Assembly (NCBI GenBank): GCA_964234715.1
Contig: OZ174278.1
Reading direction: 5' to 3' (one strand)
From: Podarcis melisellensis
Lineage: Eukaryota
Length of the DNA stretch: 64,000 bases
Positions 1 to 11,219 of the stretch are shown here, piece after piece. The position numbers were made by a program, and so were the translations under genes. How positions within the stretch are numbered: the first letter of the stretch is position 1; each line of letters starts with the position of its first letter. Under the pieces are notes generated by a model. The model ran no database searches and was not told the origin of the DNA. It was given only the letters and a program-made list of their open reading frames with translations.

Positions 1-70
1 AACACCAGTGATCTCATTGACGTAGGATATGTTGGATCAAGCAGTCAAGGACAGTTTTCTGGCGAATTAT
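1..70 (+). CDS. ROBO2: 3' part of the penultimate coding exon of roundabout guidance receptor 2 (exon starts upstream of the window)
   Basis: Frame 1 reads NTSDLIDVGYVGSSSQGQFSGEL, matching my recollection of the ROBO2 C-terminus (...DLLDIGYMGSNSQGQFTGEL). It is followed by a canonical donor T|GTAAGC at 70/71. Confidence 0.85.
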
Positions 71-98
71 GTAAGCCTTTTTTGAGATGCAATACAAA

Positions 99-99
<1 letters not shown>

Positions 100-178
<79 letters not shown>
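100..178. repeat. Compound microsatellite (TG)15(TA)24
   Basis: Directly visible. Confidence 0.98.
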
Positions 179-184
<6 letters not shown>

Positions 185-514
185 TTTTAAAGTTTCTACA
201 ATTTAGGCACATTTTGAATCTTGGGAAGATCCTGTGGGCACCAATTAAAAATAACTTCCATGAGAGAGCCATACAGAAAATGGCTGCTATGGGGGGCAGG
301 GCATAACACAAAATTACTGCCACACCAAAAAAAAACAGAAAAAAGAACCAGGGTCGCAAAATCATGCAGTCATGCACCACATCACCCCCCACATCTCTGT
401 GGGGAAGAGACACCTACATCAAACACTGCTGCACTCACAGAGGGATGTCTTCTCCGTTTAGAATGGATAGAAGAGTGAGTTGCCAATCCTGTCATCCGAT
501 GAAATGTTGGCATA

Positions 515-727
515 CAGTAGACCCTTAGGTTACGTTACTCTCGAGTAACGTAAACTTCGGGTTACGAAAGCAGCAAACCCGGAAGTATTTTTCTGGGTTT
601 CGTCACTCGCGCGTTTGCAGAATTGCTCTATTGCACCGTTCGAAGAAGTGGCGCCTCTGGATACAGATTTTTCGGGGTATGCACGGACCCCTGGAATGAA
701 TTAAATTTGTAACCAGAGGGTCCACTG
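515..727. mobile_element. Tc1/mariner (Tigger-like) MITE
   Basis: TA|CAGTAGACCCTTAGGTTAC...GTAACCAGAGGGTCCACTG|TA: imperfect ~19-bp TIRs with TA on both sides. Confidence 0.85.
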
Positions 728-819
728 TATTTAGGGGAGAGTGTTCAGTGCAGGAGAGGCTGAGTCAATGCAACCACAACCAGGGCAGCAAACTGTGTTT
801 TATGCATTGTGGACTTTTG

Positions 820-930
820 AGGGGTTTTTATTTTCATGATTGTAAGTGATTTTAAATTGTTTTTAATATTGTGTTTTAATGTTGTAACCAGCCCTGGGAC
901 CTTAGTGTGAAGGGTAGATAATAAAATAAA
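820..930 (+). mobile_element. L2-type LINE 3' tail remnant
   Basis: T-rich stretch then TGTAACCAGCCCTGGGACC...GAAGGGTAGATAATAAAATAA, typical of squamate L2 3' ends. Confidence 0.4.
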
Positions 931-1035
931 CATTCTTGTTATTACATCGCATTTGATAAAAGTACAGTTCACCATAAATCACCATAAGGAACACCAGTGC
1001 TAGGAGACGGGGGGGGGGGGCGGGTAGACAGATTA

Positions 1036-1215
1036 CCGTATTTTTTGCTCTATAAAACTCACTTTTTCCCTTCTAAAAAGTAAGGGGAAATGTGTGTGCG
1101 TCTTATGGAGCGAATGCAGGCTGCGCAGCTATCCCAGAAGACAGAACAGCAAGAGGGATTGCTGCTTTCACTGTGCAGCGATCCCTCTTGCTGTTCTGGC
1201 TTCTGAGATTCAGAA
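1036..1215. mobile_element. Truncated Tc2/pogo-like MITE with internal hairpin
   Basis: Starts TA|CCGTATTTTT. Has a 31-bp inverted repeat at 1135-1165 / 1175-1205 (2 mismatches). The second TIR is missing. Confidence 0.7.
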
Positions 1216-1772
1216 AGTTGGCATTTGAGGGCTCAAGCTAGGTTAGAACTCTTCTATATGCAGGGATTTTTTCACGTAACAGAACACTGACTAATATGAC
1301 ACTCCATCTGCAACCTGGAGTTTAGCAATTCAGACTCAGATTCTCCATTTGAATGACAACTAACTGAACAATTCGTAGGGTTCCTTCAAAAGCATTGTCA
1401 TTGAGCACTTGCAGTTTTTACATTTCCTCAACAAAAAGCAGAAAAGGTAAAATTCTGCATACATTTGCTTTCTAAAAGACAGCTATGCTGTGTTGTGTCA
1501 GGAGGGTAATAGGTATCACTGTTCTATGAAGAACTTCACATTTTGGTGCTGCATTCACTGAAAAAATAATTGGAAAATGGACAATTACAATTTACAATTT
1601 ACATTCCAAAAATGAATAGCATTCACTTTAACAAAAGTTATCATTTGAACCAATCAGATGGTTAATGATTTTTATGGTCTGCTTGTAAAATATATGTCTG
1701 AATGAAATATGCATAGAAGTTAAAAGTAAAGTATCTTAAAACATAATAATGTTTTTGCTTTTTGTTTAACAG

Positions 1773-1774
1773 AG
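1773..1774 (+). CDS. ROBO2: Coding part of the ROBO2 terminal exon (completes the split stop codon T|AG)
   Basis: T at 70 plus AG at 1773-1774 gives TAG directly after GEL. Confidence 0.7.
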
Positions 1775-2079
1775 TAGTTGGAACAGAAACATCTCAAGCT
1801 GCTCTCAAGGGCCATCAAGGTCTGAACTCATGGAAGTGATGACACTAAAACAGTGCAATGAACATTTTCTTTATTTATGTACTTACTTATTAAAAGAACT
1901 GTAAATGCAATGTAAAGACACACAGCCACACATATCCCACAGATACTCTACCTGTGTTCTTCTCTATACTACACCTTCCACCTTAATCTATTTCTTATCA
2001 AGCATATATAAAGGAGAGAAAAAAATCACCCTGCAGGATGAAACAGTTCCCTTGTATATAATTTCTTTTTATTGCATTG

Positions 2080-2326
2080 CTATGCAAGCTCACCTTCTTT
2101 TTAGCTATGTTCATATTATTGTCTGTTCTTATTGGTCTGTTGTATTATATGTGAATTAATAGGCTGTGGTGCCATATAATAACTTTTAATTGTGTAACTT
2201 TTTATGTTTAAAGTTTGCACTGCAATTTTTTTTTTGTTGGTGATAAGCACAAAACTCTTACTCCTCGTGACATGAAGAAGAAGAAGAAAATAAAAGTCTG
2301 AATGTGAAAGGAGTCTATGTACTGTA
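2080..2326 (+). promoter_or_regulatory. Cluster of miRNA seed matches in the ROBO2 3' UTR
   Basis: 8mers: CTATGCAA (miR-153) 2080, GTGCCATA (miR-183) 2169, AAGCACAA (miR-218) 2245, AATGTGAA (miR-23) 2301, GTACTGTA (miR-101) 2319. Overlapping 7mers TTTGCAC/TTGCACT/TGCACTG at 2214-2222. Confidence 0.55.
2289..2294 (+). terminator. Candidate proximal polyadenylation signal
   Basis: AATAAA about 515 nt after the stop codon. Confidence 0.35.
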
Positions 2327-3132
2327 AGCTATGTTGGATAATGCTGGATGTAATGAATTATGTTAGGTGGTTTTCCATTGGGTGTAGAATTAGGAAGATG
2401 ACTGGCAAACTGATGTTAGCAAAGGCTTATTGGGACATCAGGGATGGAATCCTATATGAAATAATAAGCAACGTGTTGCTTTTACCATTAAAAAAGGGGT
2501 CAAATGATGGAAGTGTGAGTTTCAAGAAGGCAAGAACACAAAAGCCTCCTCTCTTCTTAGTATCAGTTTTCCTTTGTTCAACACAGTTGATCTTGCTAAC
2601 AAAGGAAGGAAGTTAAGGTGTTTCACTAAAGCTATTCTTTAATACTATAGTTTTAAAAATTACTATGCTTGAGTCACTCTCCCCTCCAGGAAACATGAAC
2701 CATATGAGCTAGGAATACCTAGCAAGAGTTAAAGGTGCAATTTATGATTGAGAAATCCAAGCTGCTTCCAAAAAAGCTAGACTATCTTAGTTCATCTTTC
2801 CAATACATGTACAGTACAATGGAAGGTGTGGAGCTGCATCACTTAAAATCCATGGCATAATTGTTTCTATGCATTCTAAACATATTTTTGTGTTGTATTA
2901 TCTAAAATTGTCACAAACTGCAACCCAATTCATTTGTACCTTAAATCTTGGGTTAAAATGTTTGAAAACAATGGTAAATTTATGATCGGTTTTGAATTTA
3001 ATATGTCTTTTGCCAATTCAGTACATTATTGGAAACTGGATAGAAACAAAGAAAACATCTTTGACCTATTTTTGATGAGTAAATTTCAAGCCTCTTCTTA
3101 TGAAAACATGATGCATGTTTATACACTTTTTC

Positions 3133-3138
3133 AATAAA
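3133..3138 (+). terminator. Candidate intermediate polyadenylation signal
   Basis: AATAAA followed by U-rich sequence at about 3185-3240. Confidence 0.35.
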
Positions 3139-5478
3139 CCAAACTCTCTGTAAGTGGACATTAACAAAAGCATCCTGTCTCATCATTAGTTCTCATGTTT
3201 TTCTCCAACTCCTCTACAGTATTTTTATTTCTCTGTTAGAAATACTGTAAATGTATATCAAATGCATTAAATATTTTGTTTGAAGTTTACATCACAGAGC
3301 TTATGTCATTCAGTCACATCATTATTACACACTTGCATTTAAACACGTTTTACTTACTATCAGTTCATGTTGTTTTAATACTTTGCCTTGGCTCTCACAC
3401 TGTTGTAAGTGACATACACTTTTAGGAAAAAAATCTGCTAGCTATATGCTGCTTTTTATTACATTGCATTGAGATTGCTGTTAAGATAAAACATTGTCAT
3501 TACCAATTCTAAATCAGCACTGCAGATATAAAATTATCTCATTTACGTAACGTCAGGGCATTGGCAAACCAAAAACCCCCCCCATCAAATCAAGGATAAA
3601 TATTTTGTCTGTGTATGTGACCAAGGAATTTATGTAATGTTCCTGCTTATTGAAATGCTGGATATAGTTAAAGCCATTATTTTATAAATGTACAGAAATA
3701 TTCAACAAATGTATAAAAACTGACATTTCTTTTCTCTTTCCTAAATTCAGTATGTTAATATGTTGACACCATGTTCCAGCAATAGTATTCTGGGTACAAA
3801 CATTGTTTTCTGTACACAGATCCATGCAATGAAGACACAGTAAGCTGCTACTAAGGGGAGAAGCTCCACAACTCTAGCAACCTATCTCAGCACCTGACAC
3901 AGCGGTATCTGCAATGGAGAATAGTCCCCATGCCCCAACCCTCAAATGGGATAGGTGCTATGCTAGAGAACTGAATAAAGCACTAATCCGTTCTTAGACG
4001 GGAATAGCATCGGGGAGCATTTGATTCAGTTTGCATGCCTCTTTCCCCCTTCTTACTTAAACAGATGACCACTGCTGTGAGTTTCCTTCAGAAGCCTTGG
4101 ACAGCACTGGTCGTACTGGGATGGAATGGGAACAGCCATTCCTGGGCTGAGTCTAGATGCTCCCTTACCCCAACTCCCATCTTACCTGAGATAAGGTATT
4201 TGCTCTCCAGTCAGAATAGTACGTGCCTCAATTTTTGCTTCTGTAGATTGCAATTTTATAAAGGATTCATATAACCTTTTTTTAAAAATCTACCAGGTGA
4301 CTTAGATTTCTAGGCACATCTTAAGACTTGTGCTGAAACTACAGAACAGTAATTAATTTTCAAAAATAAGAGCATCCAAATGCAAATTGGTTCCTGAGAT
4401 GACAACAGCTGAGACAGTGATACATGATAATATCTGGCATTTGTAGTAGACTGGGTGGAGAGAAAAGAAACTAGAAGTGATTACTTGAAGCCATACTAAC
4501 TGAATAAAGGGTTTGGATTTAAAACTGTTTTCCACCAATGTAGCTAAGGTGGATTGTATGTATGCTGGTGCTACTGACCCTAGTAGGTAGCATGCCACTA
4601 CTACAGAACATAACCATGCAGCCTGGCCTAACCACACATGATGAGAGCAGCCACGGTGGTAGTTTCACCCATACTGCTGTTACAGGTACTATGAGAAGTT
4701 GATCTCATAAAAATATGTATATGGTAGAGTCCTCAGAGTCCTGTTCTACCTTTGAAATATATCAGTTATCACAAACTTTCTATATGTAGGAAAACTTCAA
4801 GAGCACATTGAAACATTTGCATTCTAAAGTTGTACAGGCCCCTGAGGACTGTACTATTTGATCTTCCTTAATGTTTTAATTGTCTCTTAGAAACCTGTGC
4901 TGAGCTTTGGTGGAACACCTTACTAGCCGATTTCTTGTCAAATCTAGTCTGAGTAAAAGTAGCCGTCCCAGGTTCCTTCATATGTGTCTTCATCACTTCA
5001 GTTGGGAAGTTTTGTGTCAGTATTAAACCTGTGGAGTGCTAGCATATCACTGTCTATTATAGGCTACTATAAAGAGGAGTCTTTATGTATAACAAAACCC
5101 CATTAATTCAACAGTGAAGCTTTCTCTTTTTCTCCATCTCTGTCTCTCACCCATTCAGTGAACCTCAAATAATCACAGAACATATTTTTTAAAATGTAAT
5201 GTAATTTAACATTTTTTTAAAAGAACTTTTTTCCTTTTTATAATTGAAAATATTTCTTGTGCATAATGTGTCTTAAGGAAGGGGTGTAGTGGCAACACTT
5301 AGAACTGTTTTCTACATTTTTTTTATAAAATTGTTCATTGACAACAGTTTGTTCAGTCACAAAAAAAATAATAATTATGACCTCTTAATGTGTTTCATGT
5401 GTTAGTGAAGCAAAGTTTAATGGGCATAAAGTTGGTTAATCGTAATGTTCAGTGTGTATTGTATATTTACTGGGGGGA

Positions 5479-5484
5479 AATAAA
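5479..5484 (+). terminator. Candidate distal polyadenylation signal
   Basis: AATAAA preceded by TGTA motifs (TGTGTATTGTATA). Lies near the end of the repeat-free block. Confidence 0.5.
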
Positions 5485-6123
5485 ACTTACACATTTCAAA
5501 CCTATGTTAAAGAAACTTGAATTTAGCACTATCACTACATGATGACTGTATAAACCTGAACTGGGAGCAATCAAGTAATTATAAAACATGCTGTGCTTTT
5601 TCTTCCGTGACACTCCACTTCCAGGTAGACTGGCCTTACAAAGTCCTGTTGTGGTTTTCTAAGCTCTAAACTCTCCAAAATGTCACTAACTTCACTGATG
5701 TTCCACGGTAAGCAAAAAAAAAAAAAAAAAAGGAAACTGGACCCTGTTACAAAACTCATTAACAAAATCCATAAACATGACAAAAGAGTTTTTATACTGT
5801 CTTTGTAAATGCTGACCAAGGTGGTGTGAAAAAAGAAGAAAGATTTGTTTTACTGTGCTTATTTAATCACGTTGTGCTCTCTGCTGGGAATGTTTCTAGA
5901 GAAGAAGTAATCTAAAAGTGAGCTTCTGGAATGATTGCTACAGGGACTGAGAAAGAAAGGACCAGGAGGCAGAAACCTATGTATATATACTTAAAGTCTA
6001 CTTTATCAACCATCACAATTGTCTATTACAAAACTGCTTATAGTGAGTGCAATAATGTGGATATAAGGTTTTTTTAGCCACCTGATACCTGACTTACCAA
6101 TGTACACCTGAGCAGACTACCCC

Positions 6124-6546
6124 TAGAATTGTAGAGTTGGAAGGGACCATAAGGATCATCTAGTCCAGGAGTCAGCAAACTTTTTCAGCAGGAGGCCGGT
6201 CCTCTGTCCCTCAGACCTTGTGGGGGGCCGGATTATATTCTGAAGGGAAAAAATGAACGAATTCCTATGCCCCACAAATAACGCAGAGATGCTTTTTAAA
6301 TAAAAAGCACACACTCTACTCATGTAAAAACACCAGGCAGGCCCCACAAATAACCCAGGTGCATTTTAAATAAAAGGACACATTCTACGCATGTAAAAAC
6401 AAGCTGATTCCCGGCCCCCGAGCCTTAGTTTGCCTACCCATGGGCTAGTCCAACTCCCTGTCATTCAAGGATCTTTTTGACCAATGTGGGGCTCGAACCC
6501 ACAACCCTGAGATTAAAAATCTCATGCTATACCAACTAAGAAGCTA
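6124..6546 (-). mobile_element. tRNA-Lys-derived SINE with CR1-type 3' tail, interrupted by a hAT MITE
   Basis: Minus-strand head (about 6546-6480) resembles tRNA-Lys (AGCATGAGA...AATCTCAGGGTTGTGGGTTCGAGCCCCAC). Tail GGACTAGATGATCC...GGTCCCTTCCAACTCTACAATTCTA. Confidence 0.8.
6166..6442 (+). mobile_element. hAT (Charlie-group, OC1-like) non-autonomous element
   Basis: Ends CAGGAGTCAGCAAAC ... GTTTGCCTACCCATG. 8-bp TSD ATCTAGTC / GGCTAGTC. Internal ~68-bp tandem duplication (GCCCCACAAATAAC...CATGTAAAAAC). Confidence 0.85.
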
Positions 6547-7258
6547 CATATTGTAGGCACTTGAATGCCTCTCTGTGGCACATCTCCCAAAGTGGGCTGT
6601 GAATGCTTGGCGTGAGACACCTGAGTTTGACTTGCCCACCATGTCATGTCTATAGACCATCATAAGGAAGTTTCGCGCTCTATTACGTGCAGGAACTTCC
6701 CTGCCCATAAGCGGCTTTTCCATTCCCAACCTGTATCCGCATGCCTTTAACATGTGATTCGGTTGCCTACATTCAAAGTGAAAGGGTTCTCAACGTTCAA
6801 GAGTCTGACTTGTATATGATCTGATAGAAAGTTATCTAATGTGTCATACATACACTTTCATTAATTTCAAAAATGTAGGAAATACACTGCAAACAGCAGG
6901 TTCTGTGCTTTCATGCCTTGGGACTAGGAAATCTAGTGCATATTCTTAGTACAGTTTTGACCTTTTATATCAATTGGCTGTCTCCTTTCCTACACAAAGG
7001 AATTAGAGTGACAGTCTACCAAATCACCAAATACTGTAGAAGTGGCAAGAAAAAAAATACAAGAAAAGGGAAGCCACATAGACTTTTTTAAAGTTATGAA
7101 GCCCAGAGTTTAATGGCAAAAAGTAGAAAAGCTGTGCTGCAGGAGTCATGGGCTATAAAGTTTTTAATTCTCTGACCTCCTTTTTTCACTAGGTCAACCT
7201 AGTTTAGCATTCTACAGAAGTGGAAAATAAGTCTGCTTACAGTCCTTTTAGGGACTGT

Positions 7259-7769
7259 CATACCCTCCACCATTTCACAGATGGAAATAGGGACCATGTA
7301 TTCAATGTTCCAGTTCTAATACCAATGATAACAAGATGTCTGTCTCCCCAACACACTCATACACAAACTGTCACACATTGTTGAAAGGTCTACTGCTCCT
7401 GCTGTATAGCATTTCTGCTCCCCATGGATTTAAAAGCTGAGTGTGCTCTTGTTCTACAGATATACAGATATACCAGGAGGGGGAGACGAGATTGTGCAAT
7501 GTGTTCTAAATAATTCAAATATGGGAAGTGGGTCCTTAGTACTTGTGTACATGTATTTACATTCATGTGCACTAGAGACAAGATGTGTCTGTTTACCCTG
7601 CACAGATTTAAGTTCTTGAAGACTGAGGAAGGCACAGAAACTGAAAGACTGACAACAACTCTAGCAACATACACCAACAATTTTTTAAAAGTATCCTAGT
7701 TGTCCAGCAGAAAAAAACTGGGACGGTGCTTTACCAAGTACCAAAAATAGGGACTGTCTCCACTGTATG
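7259..7769. mobile_element. Degraded DNA transposon remnant
   Basis: Starts CATACCCTCCACCATTTC...AAATAGGGAC and ends AAATAGGGACTGTCTCCACTGTATG. A similar terminus occurs near 36495. Confidence 0.35.
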
Positions 7770-8819
7770 CTGAAGTCAAACCTTCAGTCACCAACATGGC
7801 ACAGTCTTGAGACTTTCTTGGGGCCAGCATTATGAATACTACAGCCTTATTTAAGCTAAGTTGGGGTGGAAATGATCAGCCGGGATGGAGATCATTAGAA
7901 ACCCTACAGGAGGCAGGATCTACTTATAACTAGCATTTTTAAAAGATTGACTATCTCTGTTTTTAATGTGACAAGGGACTTGCTTGAATGCATCCCACAT
8001 GATCATCATGTCCTACCACACCAGCAATCCCAGTCTTACAGCTAATTTGCAATGTGGTTCAAAGTCTAAAATTACTTATTGGACTCAGTGCTGTGACAGA
8101 GATCGCACAGGCATCATTGGGTAGGTCAAGGGCTTACGCTCAAGTATTTCCCCCTGTATGCCACAATTCTTCCATTTCTTCTCTGGCTGGCACATCCTCA
8201 CTATATAATTCAGAAAGGCCTATAATTGTCATAGTTGCTATGCTGAAATTAGATCCTCTGAGCCTTTTCAACAATATTATAACCCTGTTCAAGAACCGAG
8301 AGTGAAGACGTGGGTTTAAAGTGGGGAAGGAACTTGCACAGTCCCCAATTGTGGAGAAGCTTCTAAGCACATCCAGCTGAACACATTTAGACGTCTCACA
8401 CACCAAAGTCAGAAGCAGAGCTAGTGTGCATGGGGACACTGGGGGGGTGGGATGTATGTGAATTGGTTTGATGTGTAGTACTGTTTAGGTTTTGACAGCT
8501 TGTGAAGGACTCTGCTCATGAAAATAAATAGAAAGGTTTCAAAGAAGTCACAAATGGGATACACTACCAACAGCTGTATGTCACATTTTACTAATGTTTT
8601 CAATGCAATAGCAGACTTGAAGCCACAGGAAAATGAGTTTCTTTACTTCTAAAATTCAGCAGCATTTATTTATTCCAATTTAATTTTGAATTCTGAAATT
8701 CAACTTTTGAGACCATCCCTCTCTTGTCTTTTAAATATCTGTTAAGCAAACATGCAAGTATTGCAATACCTGAAGGACAACCTCTCTCCATATGAACCAA
8801 CCTGCTTGTAAAATGCTGT

Positions 8820-9048
8820 GCTTGGAGAGGCTTGTCCGGTACCTGTGTAACATATCTTGCCTAGGCACCAGGTAAAAAACATTCCTCTTCTCCCACGACT
8901 TTGGCTAATTGAACTATCTATGGCCTTTAAAACTGGAGTATGTGGAGTGGGGCATTATTGTTTTGTTTTGTTATTGTCGCATGTGTTTTGGTTTTGTTTT
9001 TATATTATAAGCCACCCTGTGATCCTCACATGGAGGTGGTATAGATAT

Positions 9049-9080
<32 letters not shown>
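8820..9080 (+). mobile_element. L2-type LINE 3' remnant with (TTTA)n tail
   Basis: AGGCACCAGGTAAAAAACATTCCTCTTCTCCC...TAAGCCACCCTGTGATCCTC...GGTGGTATAGATATTTATTTA. Confidence 0.5.
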
Positions 9081-9082
<2 letters not shown>

Positions 9083-11219
9083 ATTCTTATATTTTATAAA
9101 TCCCAGTGGTTTAACCGCAATTGCATAATTAGAGCTACTGTAGAAGACTAAAATTAACCTGTTCATACCTATGTTTACTCAAAATAAGTTCTAGGCAGCA
9201 AAGGGACTAAGGCTGCAGTCCTAATCCCATTTACTGGGAAGTATTTTCTATTGAATTCAATAGGATTGACTTCTGAACAGACTTGGGGCAGTAATAGTTT
9301 AGCTACTGCACTGAATTTTAACTTTACCATCCAACATCAGCCAGGTGAAAAAGAGGCTGCATTAGGGGCAGTGCAGGGGTGTGCCAAGGGAGGACTTGGA
9401 AATAGTTTGGCTCCATCCCTCAACCTGAGGAAAGATTTGGACCACTTCAGAAGCTGGCCTAAACCTCTCATGCTCCTCTCCTCTCTCTTCCATATTTTTC
9501 CAATGGGAAGGATAATGGGACAGAAAAACACAAGTGTGCTATTCCACCCTCACTTCTACCTTGCCAGTAAGAACCCAGGTGGGCTTAGGGTAAGGTCATT
9601 AAACTGCCTATACTTTCACTCTAGCATACACACCATAGGACTGGAGTCTTAGCCCGCTTACCTGAAAGTAAGGCTCCACTGAGACTTATGACTAAGCTGC
9701 CTGTGCAATATTTGCTTTTGGTATCTTGGGCATACATGCCTAATACAAATCAGAGAATCGTATCAAGACAATGCAATCGAATTAGAATCTTTATATTCCT
9801 GAATACCATAACTGGCAGTAAGAAGAATGCAAGCTAACAGTCTATGAATGGCTTTACCTTCCAGTTTCTTCTTTATTTTATTCCCTGGCATATGAAATAT
9901 GGAGAATGTCAGTGGCAATATCTATCAAACGGCAGCAAATGCGAACTACAAGGAATGCATGTGTGTCACACAAAACTAAAATAGCAGGTCACTCAGGAGA
10001 AAGCAGCTGCTAAGGGAGGACATGGGAATGTGTAATTCTTTGTCAGATGTAATTTGAAGTTCTGACTATAAATGGAGGAACGCACCATATGTGGCCAAGA
10101 TGTGCTGACAGGTAACACAGGAAATAAGGGCTGATTCATACAACTATTTTTTTACCTGTTGAATTTAATACAACTTGGCATTCTCTGTGGCTATTTAATA
10201 TGCTGGACTGATCTTGTAAATGCTTCAACACATGTCCAGATTTGGACTTGCCATGTCCTGGTTCACCTTGGTTTTTTATGTTTTATCTAATTTTCACATA
10301 GTCCACCTAGATTCATTTGAAATGGTGAAAGGAATATAAAATGAATGGGTAAATGAAATCCACATTTAAACCTTCACCAGGACTCTAGTCCAGGGCATAG
10401 AAGCCATCTCCTAGAGGCCAAGGTCCCTTCGCTGACGCCCCCAATAAAATACTTGACGGTGTCTGTGCACTTCATCTTGTGATTATGTGATGGAGAAGGA
10501 AGCAAGTAGACAGAAGAAAGCAGTCAACAAATGTGCCTGATAGGAGGTACAGTGGCTGCTCTGTAAACGTTTTCGTTGATCTGATGAGGAGCACAGAGCT
10601 GAAAGGCAGTGAACCGCTGTGATTGGTTGGTGGAAAGAAATAGCCTCATGCAGGCTAAATAGAAACAACTGCTTGCCAAAAACCATTCAAGGAGGAGAAC
10701 AAAGGTGACAGAAAAGAAACTTTTTTGGATATATAGAGGGGGGGGGAGAGGGGAGCGTAAAAGGCATGAAAGTAGAAATCGGGTGGGAGCAACCATTGCA
10801 GGAGGAAGGGAGCTAGCATAAGATAGCAGAGTTTATAAGGATGGTAAGAATAGAAGGTGTTAGACTGTTTGAGGTAGGAAATGCGAGGCAAAAAGCAAGA
10901 CAATTCCTTTGTACTGGCAGGAGTGAAAAACATATCAGAAACTTCCCACTTCCTAAAGAGCTTTTGCCCCACCTTCATTACCAGAATGGAGCCAGAACCC
11001 AACCAATGACCACATAATGCCTGTAGTTTAACAAACCCTGCAAATTTCCCTTTATATCATGCACAGGAAGGCGGAAGAAGGAAGCACATGAACCAAATGC
11101 TTGTTCTTGGTATATTGGGTTTAGGTTGCCAGGGTCAGGCCATAGACATACTGTTAAAATTCATTACGCATAATCACCTAATTTGGAATATGTACTTTTC
11201 CATTTTGCAATGCTCAGAT

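Larger units (their letters stand above)
71..1772 (+). other. ROBO2: Last intron of ROBO2 (GT-AG, phase 1)
   Basis: GTAAGC at 71. Polypyrimidine tract and acceptor GTTTTTGCTTTTTGTTTAACAG ending at 1772. Contains microsatellites and MITEs. Confidence 0.75.
1775..5505 (+). other. ROBO2: ROBO2 3' UTR (3' end estimated)
   Basis: AT-rich with no recognisable transposon. The proximal part (TCATGGAAGTGATGAC...GACACACAGCCACACATATCCCACAGATA) resembles the mammalian ROBO2 UTR as I recall it. AATAAA at 2289, 3133 and 5479; many miRNA seed matches. Confidence 0.65.

Noticed and set aside
45-478. ORFs 45-413 (-) and 221-478 (+)
   Set aside because: The first runs through the microsatellite; both lie mostly in the intron and show no recognisable homology.
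6480-6546. Functional tRNA-Lys gene
   Set aside because: Mutated stems and anticodon region, and fused to a SINE tail.
8054-8439. Overlapping ORFs as a possible gene or viral fragment
   Set aside because: No motif or family I recognise and no convincing splice context. A BLASTX search would settle it.
10575-10625. Hammerhead-ribozyme-like CTGATGA...GAAA
   Set aside because: Stem II is out of register, and no stem III, NUH cleavage site or stem I can be formed.
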